This document shows, piece by piece, positions 9,200 through 17,895 of a stretch of DNA of 24,084 nt. The notes under the pieces were generated by a model. It was not told the DNA's origin. It worked only from the letters and a program-made list of their open reading frames with translations, and searched no databases. Positions within the stretch are counted from its first letter, which is position 1; each line of letters opens with the position of its first letter. Made by a program: the position numbers and the translations under genes. Source of the DNA: a virus (lineage: Duplodnaviria; Caudoviricetes); IMG/VR virus record IMGVR_UViG_3300031627_000680, positions 1 to 24,084 of that record. One strand, written 5' to 3'.

Positions 9200-10151
9200 T
9201 ATTAAATATTATCCTTGATCCTTGATTGTCAAATCGTATTTTGAAAGTATCTAATTCGGGAAACTTTGATTGTACCCCGTGAGAATCTTCTGTCATAAAA
9301 AGTAAATATCCTCCGCCTCCTGCTCCACAAATCTTATAACCTATAATTCCTTGTGCGCATCTTGTTACCAACTGATTTATTTTATCATTTGTAATATTTT
9401 TAGCTAATTCCTGTTTTATCCTCATTGAATTAGTTATATCGAATCCAAATTCTACATATTCTTTTTTCTTTAGATGTTGTAATCCTTCCTCAACATATTC
9501 TGCCATTCTATTATATTTCTGAACTTTTCTTTGTGTATTCTTTCTCTGATCAGTCAAAATATCTGATGAATTTCTATATATGCCAGTATTAACTAAAACA
9601 ATCATATTTTCAAGATTTTCATCAATTTCTAGCTTATCGATAAGGACCTTGCCGGATTTCTTAAAGGTAATAGCATTAAAACCGCCGTAACTGACAGCAA
9701 ACTGGTCCTGCTTGCCGATTGGCTTCTTTAAGATTTCCATCTCAATATGACATGCTAAATGAGCTATATCAATCAGGTTTAAATCTGCTTTTATTAAAGT
9801 TCCAATAGCATGTATTAGGCCGACTAAGATACTTGACGATGAAGCTAGACCGGAACCTTCAGAAGGTATATCTGCTAAAGTTGTAATCTCTAATCCAAAA
9901 TCTATCTTAAAATGTTTAAGTGTTTCTCTGATATATTCATGCTGAATATCATCAATAGAATTACAAATTTCTTTTTTAGAATAATTACATACCCATTGTT
10001 TCCTGTAAAGTCTATTCACTACAACATATGTATATTTGTCTATTGCTGTGCTAATTACTTTACCGGGTTTATCGGCATTTTTATAATATTCAGGTAAATC
10101 TGTACCACCACCGAGAAAGCTAACTCTTAGTGGTGTTTGACAAACTAACAA
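9189..10151 (-). CDS. hddA: GHMP kinase, D-glycero-alpha-D-manno-heptose-7-phosphate kinase-like
   Basis: TPLRVSFLGGGTDLPEYY, ADIPSEGSGLASSSS, IGKQDQFAVSYGGFN, KICGAGGGGYLLF; adjacent to gmhA. Confidence 0.88.
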   Translation of the reverse strand: MLVCQTPLRVSFLGGGTDLPEYYKNADKPGKVISTAIDKYTYVVVNRLYRKQWVCNYSKKEICNSIDDIQHEYIRETLKHFKIDFGLEITTLADIPSEGSGLASSSSILVGLIHAIGTLIKADLNLIDIAHLACHIEMEILKKPIGKQDQFAVSYGGFNAITFKKSGKVLIDKLEIDENLENMIVLVNTGIYRNSSDILTDQRKNTQRKVQKYNRMAEYVEEGLQHLKKKEYVEFGFDITNSMRIKQELAKNITNDKINQLVTRCAQGIIGYKICGAGGGGYLLFMTEDSHGVQSKFPELDTFKIRFDNQGSRIIFNNEK

Positions 10152-10542
10152 TTCGTTCCTTTAATTCTGTTGAGCTATATTCATGATCTCTTCGACAATA
10201 ATAAATATCAATATCTCTATCTTGACATATAGTATACCCTGTTATTGGTTTTTTGGCAACCCAATATTCATTACCTAAAAATCTTTTATGAAGTGGACTT
10301 ATTGTTTTAAGTATATTCGCAAGATCCTCTTCTGAATCATATGGAATAATCTCATCCACATACTTACATCCCTTTAATTGGGTATAACGTTCAAAACACG
10401 ATTGAACTACCCGATTTTTATGTTCTGGATATGTATGTAATCCAGCAATAAGATAATCACAACGTTCTTTTGCTTCTTCTAACATTGTAACATGTCCTGC
10501 GTGAAGTAAATCAAAACATGAAAAAACAATTCCTCTAATCAA
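10120..10542 (-). CDS. HxGH cytidylyltransferase-family nucleotidyltransferase (TagD/HldC-like)
   Basis: FDLLHAGH, CDYLIAGL, ER...YVDEIIPY, C-terminal YSSTELKERI. Confidence 0.88.
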   Translation of the reverse strand: MIRGIVFSCFDLLHAGHVTMLEEAKERCDYLIAGLHTYPEHKNRVVQSCFERYTQLKGCKYVDEIIPYDSEEDLANILKTISPLHKRFLGNEYWVAKKPITGYTICQDRDIDIYYCRRDHEYSSTELKERIVSLSNTTKS

Positions 10543-11549
10543 TCTTCTTCTCCTTTGAGATTATCATCGATTTCATCTTCAATCTCCATTAAATCTAACA
10601 TTTCTATCCATTTAGGGGCTCTATAATCCCAACTATAATATTTGTCTGCATGTGCTTTAGCACGATCAATTATATCGAAGGTATCCTCATCCCAATAATT
10701 ATCCATTAATTTATCTAGTTCATCTGCAAACCTATAACAATGTTCAATCTCATCTTTAATATAAGGATACATAAAAGCATGATCTGAACAAGTCTCAGGT
10801 AAAGCACCTAAATTATTTGTTAACATTGCTGTTCTTGCAGACATTGCTTCCATAGCGGTTCTACATGAAGTCTCCTCCCAGACACAAGGATATGCCCAAA
10901 TATTCATATCTTTCCACTCTTCTCTTAAAGGTCTCCCTATAATAGATTTGTGTAAAGTCATATTTTCATTTTGTTCAATATGAGTGAATAACTCATTAAA
11001 AGGTTGATCATTCTCTTTCCAGCCATAAACACTATAAGATGAATAAACATGTAAATGCCAATCATTTCTTTCAAGTTCATGTAAGGCATTACACAAGATG
11101 TGCAATCCTCTTTGAGGTGTAGAACAATATATCAAATTTAACTTGCCATCCTCTCCAAGTTCTTTCTCATAATGATCATGAGGAAAAATCGCTGTTTTCA
11201 TCACTTCACATTTAGTAGTAGGCAAATCATATTTTGCTATAAATGTCATCATTTGCCAATGACTAGAAAAGATGAATTTTTCAAATTGTGATTGTCCGTT
11301 AGGCGCATCAAGGATTTTATGACATGGATCATTTGCTAAATCATGAAACCACCAAAGTTTTGGTAAAAGGGACTGAACATCATCGTCATATATTCTTGAA
11401 ATTATCCATTGATAATAATTCTTATGTTTTTCTTCTAAATGAGACCATAACTCTAATGTTGTTAATTCTGTTCCCCCAAAAGATTTTTTCGCGATATTAC
11501 CCTCACGTCTTTGTGGAATATCTGTTGCTTTATAAATGTCTAAATTCAT
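10539..11549 (-). CDS. GT-B glycosyltransferase (GT4-like)
   Basis: GGTE, WFHD, LIYCSTPQRGL, YPCVWEETSCRTAMEAM (Ex7E), LGALPET, YSWD. Confidence 0.88.
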   Translation of the reverse strand: MNLDIYKATDIPQRREGNIAKKSFGGTELTTLELWSHLEEKHKNYYQWIISRIYDDDVQSLLPKLWWFHDLANDPCHKILDAPNGQSQFEKFIFSSHWQMMTFIAKYDLPTTKCEVMKTAIFPHDHYEKELGEDGKLNLIYCSTPQRGLHILCNALHELERNDWHLHVYSSYSVYGWKENDQPFNELFTHIEQNENMTLHKSIIGRPLREEWKDMNIWAYPCVWEETSCRTAMEAMSARTAMLTNNLGALPETCSDHAFMYPYIKDEIEHCYRFADELDKLMDNYWDEDTFDIIDRAKAHADKYYSWDYRAPKWIEMLDLMEIEDEIDDNLKGEED

Positions 11550-12421
11550 GTTGTCACCGAAAATGATTGTGGTACGTTTAAAATATGATTTATTAATTCT
11601 TTATGAAAGTCTTTATTAGCTTGTCGACACTCTTCAAGAGAACCTTTATATTGTTTTTGTTCTTTTTCATTCAAAGCTTTCCACCAATCAGGAGCCGGAC
11701 AGAAAATAGGTTTATGTTTTAATCCATAAAATTTAGATGCCCATGGAAATACAACTACAACTTTTCCTAAAAGAGTCGCCCAATAAGCACCATGATAAGA
11801 ATTTGTAACAACAACATCACCACTTCCAATAAATTCTATTGCCTTTTCAAATGTTGACGTATTATCATTTGCCATATGAGGATAGTCCCAAGTTTGTTTT
11901 GGCATTTGATGAATAAGAAACATCGGTAGTGATTGATGAGTAAAAAATACAACATCATGTTTCACTTCATATTCCTTATCAAATGCTTCGTGCATGCAAC
12001 TAGCACATGGAACCCATCTAGTTTCAGGAATTGAAGTATAGAGCATTGGGTAATGATCTCTAATACCCAATAAATCAAATTTTCTGACATAAAAAGGATA
12101 CGTTATATCTATTTGAGGAATAAACTGCGTCTGTTCATCCATACTAACATAAGTATGTTCACCTAAACCCCAACCAAATATTCTACGATTTGCATTTTTT
12201 TGATTTACTATAACATGACCCATAGGTCTCATTTGTCCTATAAGTCCCCCACCTCCATAAATGACATTTTCATGTGGTGGTATATATTCATGATCTAATT
12301 TATAGATGTCTTTTTTGTTTCCTGGTAAATCAAAATACATAGCTGGACTGCTATACCAGTCTCCTATGTTAGTCTCGTCTGTCCTAAATATATTTGTAAA
12401 TTGTAAATTTTGAGGATACAT
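11546..12421 (-). CDS. Polysaccharide pyruvyltransferase-like protein
   Basis: NIGD, IYGGGGLI, GWGLG, LGIRD, VVTNSYHGAYWATLLGK. Confidence 0.7.
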   Translation of the reverse strand: MYPQNLQFTNIFRTDETNIGDWYSSPAMYFDLPGNKKDIYKLDHEYIPPHENVIYGGGGLIGQMRPMGHVIVNQKNANRRIFGWGLGEHTYVSMDEQTQFIPQIDITYPFYVRKFDLLGIRDHYPMLYTSIPETRWVPCASCMHEAFDKEYEVKHDVVFFTHQSLPMFLIHQMPKQTWDYPHMANDNTSTFEKAIEFIGSGDVVVTNSYHGAYWATLLGKVVVVFPWASKFYGLKHKPIFCPAPDWWKALNEKEQKQYKGSLEECRQANKDFHKELINHILNVPQSFSVTT

Positions 12422-12808
12422 ATGGATAATTTAAATGATTTTGGTTTTAGTACAGTAAGTGAAACTGACTTTACTGCTGCAACTAAAGAACCAGAAACAA
12501 AAGTAGTAGAGGCCGCCGTTAAAGAAGCGAAACTTGGTCAAATAAAAGAAGTTGAAGGCACTGTAAATAAAATATGGAGTCTGCTTGATTATCATTATGA
12601 AGATATTGATAAACATAAAGATAAGTTGAATAAAGAATATGAACGACAGATGAAAGAAGTCGAAGATTTAATAGTACCGTTGTTAAATAACTTGGCGAAG
12701 TCTTCAACTAATGAATACATATTTTGGCCAGGTAGGCGAGAGATTTTGGAAAAGCAAATCGAGAAAATTACTGCACACACTCGAGACGTAAATATTTTCA
12801 CTGAGTAA
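12422..12808 (+). CDS. Conserved hypothetical protein of T4-like phages; the only credible plus-strand gene
   Basis: ATG at 12422 with GAGGA at 12412-12416; DFGFS...PLLNNL...YIFWPGR pattern; coiled-coil character; fills the gap between two minus-strand genes exactly. Confidence 0.8.
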   Translation: MDNLNDFGFSTVSETDFTAATKEPETKVVEAAVKEAKLGQIKEVEGTVNKIWSLLDYHYEDIDKHKDKLNKEYERQMKEVEDLIVPLLNNLAKSSTNEYIFWPGRREILEKQIEKITAHTRDVNIFTE

Positions 12809-13334
12809 TTCCGTATTTACAAAGGAAGTAGGAATCAACAATATCTGAAGCCGGATTACCCTTTTCTTGGACTAATTCGAAAGTCTCCGGTTCTGCTTTC
12901 CATGATTCTAACATTGCTTCTTTATTAGAATTCCCCTTACCTGTGGCAAATTTCTTAATAACTGTTGGGGGAACTGTTTCATAGCGGAAACCATTCTCCA
13001 TTAATTTTAATTTCAAAATTCCAACATTTTCCGCAATATGAAAAACTCTGCCTGTTGATCCATATGAATAATCTTCCAAAATAACCTTTTCAACTCTTCC
13101 ACTATACCAACGCAACGTATCTATAGTCCATTCTGCTAAAAACTTAAACTTATCTATACCTTTTAAATCTTTTGGTAATTTATAACAAGTTACATTTTGA
13201 AGGGAGGACCACCCAGGCCTCCACTTATCCAAAGCAAAAAAATTAAAAGTACAATTATTGGGATTAAATATTCCATCTTTATAAATGCAAATACACGGGC
13301 TACTTGTTGAGTAATCTATTCCTGCACATACCAA
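12798..13334 (-). CDS. RuvC-like Holliday junction resolvase
   Basis: GIDYS, LEDYSY, PPTVIKKFATGKGNSNKEAM, DIVDSY match the RuvC/RNase H-fold acidic residues; TTG start. Confidence 0.82.
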   Translation of the reverse strand: MVCAGIDYSTSSPCICIYKDGIFNPNNCTFNFFALDKWRPGWSSLQNVTCYKLPKDLKGIDKFKFLAEWTIDTLRWYSGRVEKVILEDYSYGSTGRVFHIAENVGILKLKLMENGFRYETVPPTVIKKFATGKGNSNKEAMLESWKAEPETFELVQEKGNPASDIVDSYFLCKYGITQ

Positions 13335-13799
13335 TTAAAATCCTAACTTTTGCAATTCTTTTATACTATTCTCTGCAGATGTATGTAAGATTGCAATTCC
13401 GCCTTTGGTCTTAAACTCGGCTATATTTTTTTCAGAGTCGTCAATTAATAAATTGGGAGAAAGATTATCCTCAACAGCGAAATACTGTTTTTCTTCCCAA
13501 AAACAAACATGAACTTTTGAAGGGTATATATTAAAATGATTGAGACACCATTTAAATTTTTGAACGCGGGCACCGTCGTATTTGCCTCTTTTAGGAATAG
13601 CTGTAAGAACGTGAATATCAAATAAACCACGAACATAATCAACTAATAAATCGGCATCTGGTAACTTAGGCAAATTTTCGAAAAAATTGGAAGACAGTTT
13701 ACTCCAATCATCTGCCCATTCTTTTTTACTTCCACATTGTTTAGTGATGGTGCCATCAAAGTCACTAAGAACACCATCCATATCAAGAAATACTATCAT
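13335..13799 (-). CDS. HAD-family 5'(3')-deoxyribonucleotidase-like phosphatase
   Basis: FLDMDGVLSDF, VLTA, K..W, LLIDD...NI.EF...GG.AILH. Confidence 0.85.
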   Translation of the reverse strand: MIVFLDMDGVLSDFDGTITKQCGSKKEWADDWSKLSSNFFENLPKLPDADLLVDYVRGLFDIHVLTAIPKRGKYDGARVQKFKWCLNHFNIYPSKVHVCFWEEKQYFAVEDNLSPNLLIDDSEKNIAEFKTKGGIAILHTSAENSIKELQKLGF

Positions 13800-13801
13800 T
13801 T

Positions 13802-14005
13802 TTAATCATATATAAAGTTTGTATCTGGGTTTTTTTCCCTATACTTTTTATCGAGAATATCCTCCAGCCAGATCTTCCCTTCCCCGGCCGGAGAATCCTC
13901 AATAGATTTCCAGATCTTCGAAACAGATGTTTTATTTAAAGATTCTGTATATGTTCGTAAAACGCCCATACAATCGTCACAATATTTTTCGAAGTCTGTT
14001 TTCAT
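13802..14005 (-). CDS. Small hypothetical protein
   Basis: 67 aa; AAGGA SD-like sequence and a sigma70-type promoter directly upstream. Confidence 0.65.
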   Translation of the reverse strand: MKTDFEKYCDDCMGVLRTYTESLNKTSVSKIWKSIEDSPAGEGKIWLEDILDKKYREKNPDTNFIYD

Positions 14006-14016
14006 GTTTCCTTTAT

Positions 14017-14045
14017 ATTATACATCAATGTTATTAAAAAATCAA
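14017..14045 (-). promoter_or_regulatory. sigma70-type (early) promoter
   Basis: TTGATT (14045-14040), 17-nt spacer, TATAAT (14022-14017) in the gap after nrdJ. Confidence 0.75.
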
Positions 14046-14056
14046 GTAAAAAGATA

Positions 14057-16018
14057 CTATATTAAATCAACCACTTCACATCCACCAGGAGCCGCGCATG
14101 CTGCGGTTTGCGCTCCTGCAGTATGATCTTCTTTCTCATAATCTCCTAATATGCTCCAGTCCACATTCTTAGGCATTTGTGTTGTTAACTCGTCGTATGT
14201 TTGTTTATCACAATCTTGATATGGGGCTTGCTTATAATTATGCTCACTGAATGGTAAAAATGAAATACCACTAATATTATCAAAATTATCCCAAACCCAA
14301 GAACCAACCTCTAACCATTCATGTTCTTTAACTGAAACAGTAACAGATGGTTTATGTTCGCACCAATGATCTTGATATAACGTCCAAAGAGCCAATTGTT
14401 CAATAGCTGTCATATCAGTTCTGCAAACAGCACCTTTAGGGCTCTTTTGAGGAAATGAAAATACTGTAGTATGTTCCGGTTTTGTTACATCAGGTTCACT
14501 AGGAAACCCTTGTGACATCATGAACCGACACAAAGGATCTTTATTATCTGCGCGCACTGTTCTGATGTAATAAGGATTATGACGGGCATGAATACCACTA
14601 GCAGAATCAACCAACTGAGAAACAGTACCCGAAGGTTTAACACACGTAATGGCGGCCGATCTAGGGATACCGAGTTTATCAGCCCATTCTGCATTCGTTT
14701 TAATGGCAGTATTACGAAGTTCATCCAATAAGTCACCAGTTTTCTTTTTACCAGATTTACCATTAGTTAGTCCATTATCCATGATGCCAGTAAGGGAAAC
14801 TCCGAGCAATCGTTCTTCGATGCAGTTTCTACTAAACTCTCTTGTAAGATATTTGAAGTCTGTAAGAGTTGATTGGAATGTTCCAAGAATGGTCGCACTG
14901 CGAACTTTGTCTTTGAGAGACTCTCTAGTGTCCCCTCCGCGGACAACGACTTCGGAAAGGTTGCAGAATTCTCGGGACCGAAGAATGATCTCGCTGCACG
15001 GATTGGTGCCAAAATCGTCTCTAGCATCTCGTCTTCTAATAAAATTTCCATCTCCATCTTTATCCCTTTCATTTAATTTTTGGACCTGTTTTTTGGCCGA
15101 AGCGCTATTATAAATTCCGCGTTCCCCTGACTTAGAATCGTAGAGGGATAACCACTCACGCATAAAAGTACCAACATCCGGCCTTTCTTTATAATTAACT
15201 GAATTATTTGCAAGTGATCGTTGTACATTAATCTTATACCATTCGCCATGTTTCGCAAATCTCATTTCTCTGTCATTAAGATCGCTAAGACTAATAAGGG
15301 CACTTCGACGAACGCCACCTACAACAACAACTTCTGCTGTTTTACAAATAATATCATGACACTCAATAGGTTTAAGTTTTCTTCCCGCGGATGTTTTATA
15401 TATATCTGTAACAAAATTAAATAAATCAACTAATGGTTGAGGGCCTGATGCTCTACCACCAAAAGTTTTTAATGGCATGCCGGCGGCTCTAACTCTACTA
15501 ACATCCCATTTAGGTATTAATCCTTGATATAATAAAGCAACTAATTCTTTATATGCTTTACACCATCCTAATTTACTATCGGCGACTACAATAACGGTAT
15601 CTGTAGGATAAAATTCTTCCGCGATAGTTGGCATTTGTTTTGTATATTCTTCTTCAACAGAAAAACCGACACCGGTGCCATTCATCAAAACATACATAAT
15701 TTCATCGAACGTTCTTGGATTGTCACATTTTATATATGAACAATTATAACCGGAAACATTTTCCTTTTTTAACGGAACTCCGGCTGTCATCAAACATCTC
15801 ATAGATGGCATAACCTCTAAATTTAAAACTGCCTCTTCTAATTCTTTTCTTTCCTTTTCAGTTAAATCATAATTACATTTTTCTTTTAAATCTTCTTTGA
15901 AAAAATCAAAATATCTTCCAATTGTTTCTGGCCATGTTTCGCGTCGTTCTTCATCATATCTCCATCTTGCATATCTAGAAAGATGTATAAAGGATTGGTA
16001 TTCTGTAGGCAAATTCAT
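14057..16018 (-). CDS. nrdJ: Class II adenosylcobalamin-dependent ribonucleotide reductase (monomeric RTPR-like)
   Basis: SRYARW, PSMR, YNCS, GTGVGFS, VVVGGVRRSALI, FGTNPCSEI, FCNLSE, TCVKPSGTVSQL, EHKPSVT, C-terminal CAAPGGC; no nrdB nearby. Confidence 0.93.
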   Translation of the reverse strand: MNLPTEYQSFIHLSRYARWRYDEERRETWPETIGRYFDFFKEDLKEKCNYDLTEKERKELEEAVLNLEVMPSMRCLMTAGVPLKKENVSGYNCSYIKCDNPRTFDEIMYVLMNGTGVGFSVEEEYTKQMPTIAEEFYPTDTVIVVADSKLGWCKAYKELVALLYQGLIPKWDVSRVRAAGMPLKTFGGRASGPQPLVDLFNFVTDIYKTSAGRKLKPIECHDIICKTAEVVVVGGVRRSALISLSDLNDREMRFAKHGEWYKINVQRSLANNSVNYKERPDVGTFMREWLSLYDSKSGERGIYNSASAKKQVQKLNERDKDGDGNFIRRRDARDDFGTNPCSEIILRSREFCNLSEVVVRGGDTRESLKDKVRSATILGTFQSTLTDFKYLTREFSRNCIEERLLGVSLTGIMDNGLTNGKSGKKKTGDLLDELRNTAIKTNAEWADKLGIPRSAAITCVKPSGTVSQLVDSASGIHARHNPYYIRTVRADNKDPLCRFMMSQGFPSEPDVTKPEHTTVFSFPQKSPKGAVCRTDMTAIEQLALWTLYQDHWCEHKPSVTVSVKEHEWLEVGSWVWDNFDNISGISFLPFSEHNYKQAPYQDCDKQTYDELTTQMPKNVDWSILGDYEKEDHTAGAQTAACAAPGGCEVVDLI

Positions 16019-16821
16019 TCCGCTTTCCCTTCTGGTTTGAGCTTTTGTAAAAATTCCGTTGATTCGCGCTCTGATAACCCGTACTTTGCCATGATCCAGC
16101 TACCTTGTAAATTGTCTTTAATTATACGTAATTCTTTTTGAGAAAAGGAAACAGCATTTAAAACGTAATCTTCAAATGATTCGCAACAAAGCGGAAATTT
16201 GGGTTTTACCAAATTATACATCACTTCCGCATAGTCTCTAACTTCTTTCTGTGCATGTTTATCCATTCTCAATTTACAAAAACCAAAAAAATTGTGTAAA
16301 TCGATTTTCCAAATAACTTCTGTATAATTGCCAACAGGCAAAACTGAACGTGCTAATTCTCGAGCTAAATCAAGATCTAGTAAGTTTTTGTAGGCCCAGG
16401 AAGCATTGTCATATTGGCGATTAAATTCATATTTAACCAGACCTTTCTTTTCAATGTCTTCTCCCCTACCTTGATTATTGTGTCTTGATTGCTTTTGAAT
16501 ATCATTATCATGTGGTACGTAAAAATCATTGCTCATAATTGAGTATCGTCCTGAATACTCATTTAAGTTCGCCGTCCGATGCCGAACTATTTGTCTCATT
16601 ACAAAAATTGGTAACTTAATATGAAACTTAACTTCACACATCTCAAAGGGTGATGTATGTTTATGCCTCATTAAATACCGAATAAGATTTCTTGTTTGAC
16701 TTGTCTTCCGAGTGCCTTTTCCATAGCTAATTCGAGCAGCAGATTCTATTTCTTCATCATCACCCATAACATCTAATAATCTAACAAATCCAAATTCATG
16801 GATCTTCACCTCTTCACTCAT
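16015..16821 (-). CDS. thyX: Flavin-dependent thymidylate synthase
   Basis: AARISY, HTSPFE, RQIVRHRTANLNEYSGRY (RHRx7S), ELARSVLP, HAQKEVR. Start probably ATG 16821 (ATGA overlap with primase); ORF track uses GTG 16833. Confidence 0.95.
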   Translation of the reverse strand: MSEEVKIHEFGFVRLLDVMGDDEEIESAARISYGKGTRKTSQTRNLIRYLMRHKHTSPFEMCEVKFHIKLPIFVMRQIVRHRTANLNEYSGRYSIMSNDFYVPHDNDIQKQSRHNNQGRGEDIEKKGLVKYEFNRQYDNASWAYKNLLDLDLARELARSVLPVGNYTEVIWKIDLHNFFGFCKLRMDKHAQKEVRDYAEVMYNLVKPKFPLCCESFEDYVLNAVSFSQKELRIIKDNLQGSWIMAKYGLSERESTEFLQKLKPEGKAE

Positions 16822-17825
16822 AATCTTTTCCACTGATTCAATTTTACCCGTGCGGGTAAGCCTCGGAAGGTATTTTTATTTATAGTGTCAACGATCTGCA
16901 AAATATCCATTCCGTCCAATACCATATCATTAATATCTTTGACTTTAATTGTATCAGGCCATATACAAACTGCGAATCCTTTTTTCACAATTTTTTCCAT
17001 TTTACCCACAATTTCTTTATTTCGTCTTTCGTTATCATAAACAAAAACAACATCACGTGCGTAAAATTGAGTAGTGTCATCTATATCACTGCCGGCCATA
17101 GCTAAAGCGTTAGGGAGAAACATACTATCAATAGGACCTTCAACAATGTAAGTCTTTTGAGCTGGATCATTTCTATCTAATCCGAATATTTTACTTGCTT
17201 CCTTATCAATCTTAACAGTAAAATACCTTAGAGTTGAATCCTCTAAACTTCTTCCTTGTGCTGCAATTAATTTTCTTTCTTTATTAAAAAACGGGATAAT
17301 AATTCTGGGGTCATATGGTCTTAATCGTGCCGCAAGTTCAACATCATATTTACTTACCCAACTTTTAAAACAATCTGCAAAGTACATATCACTATACCGG
17401 ACTTTAGGTATTTTTCTTAAGTCACAAAACTTTACAGCAGGATGATTTGCTCCTAATTCTATTATCTTAGGACACCCTACTTTTGTAAATATAGGTTTTC
17501 TAAAGACAGGTATTTTTTCTTCTTTATCCGGATGTGTATCATCACCTGCAGTTTCTCTATACTTTTCAAAAGCATATTGCTTTGCTAAAATAGGATCAAG
17601 TTTATCTATTAAAACTTTTAAAGGACCCCCAGAACCACAATTATGACACTTGAAAATTAAACTTTGTTTCTTATTAAAAAGATATCCCCTTGCTTTGAAT
17701 TGATTCTTAGATGAATCGCCACATAATGGACATCTGAAATTATAAAGGTCTCTGGATTTTCTTGCGAAACGTTGGAGGCGGGAGGATAATAAATTAGTAT
17801 ACTTATGATCTATGTAAAGACTCAT
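16818..17825 (-). CDS. T4 gp61-like DNA primase
   Basis: NFRCPLCGDS...KARG...FKCHNCG zinc finger, RIIIPF, QGRSL, TOPRIM VEGPIDSMFL, VYDNE, KDINDM. ATG at 17825 (track TTG 17834). Confidence 0.95.
   Translation of the reverse strand: MSLYIDHKYTNLLSSRLQRFARKSRDLYNFRCPLCGDSSKNQFKARGYLFNKKQSLIFKCHNCGSGGPLKVLIDKLDPILAKQYAFEKYRETAGDDTHPDKEEKIPVFRKPIFTKVGCPKIIELGANHPAVKFCDLRKIPKVRYSDMYFADCFKSWVSKYDVELAARLRPYDPRIIIPFFNKERKLIAAQGRSLEDSTLRYFTVKIDKEASKIFGLDRNDPAQKTYIVEGPIDSMFLPNALAMAGSDIDDTTQFYARDVVFVYDNERRNKEIVGKMEKIVKKGFAVCIWPDTIKVKDINDMVLDGMDILQIVDTINKNTFRGLPARVKLNQWKRL
16877..16884 (-). promoter_or_regulatory. T4-type late promoter candidate TATAAATA
   Basis: Exact consensus in the primase 3' end, ~55 nt upstream of thyX. 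Confidence 0.5.
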
Positions 17826-17862
17826 ATCACTCAATAATAGGGGAATTTAATATAATGATTAT

Positions 17863-17891
17863 ATTATAACATAATAAATAATTAATTTCAA
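17863..17891 (-). promoter_or_regulatory. Strong sigma70-type promoter with extended -10, upstream of primase
   Basis: TTGAAA (17891-17886), 17-nt spacer ending TGT, TATAAT (17868-17863). Confidence 0.82.
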
Positions 17892-17895
17892 GGAT

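Noticed and set aside
13335-13799. HAD protein as the missing GmhB
   Set aside because: Motifs (DMDGV, LTA, LIDD) fit 5'(3')-deoxyribonucleotidases; it lacks the GmhB DRDG, TNQSG and RKP motifs. Moonlighting is not excluded.
14518-15258. Three consecutive alternative-frame ORFs and an antisense ORF (14649..15113) inside nrdJ as an overprinted gene
   Set aside because: Interrupted by stops, no SD or motif seen; explained by codon bias and the local GC patch. NrdJ itself is intact with no intein or intron visible.
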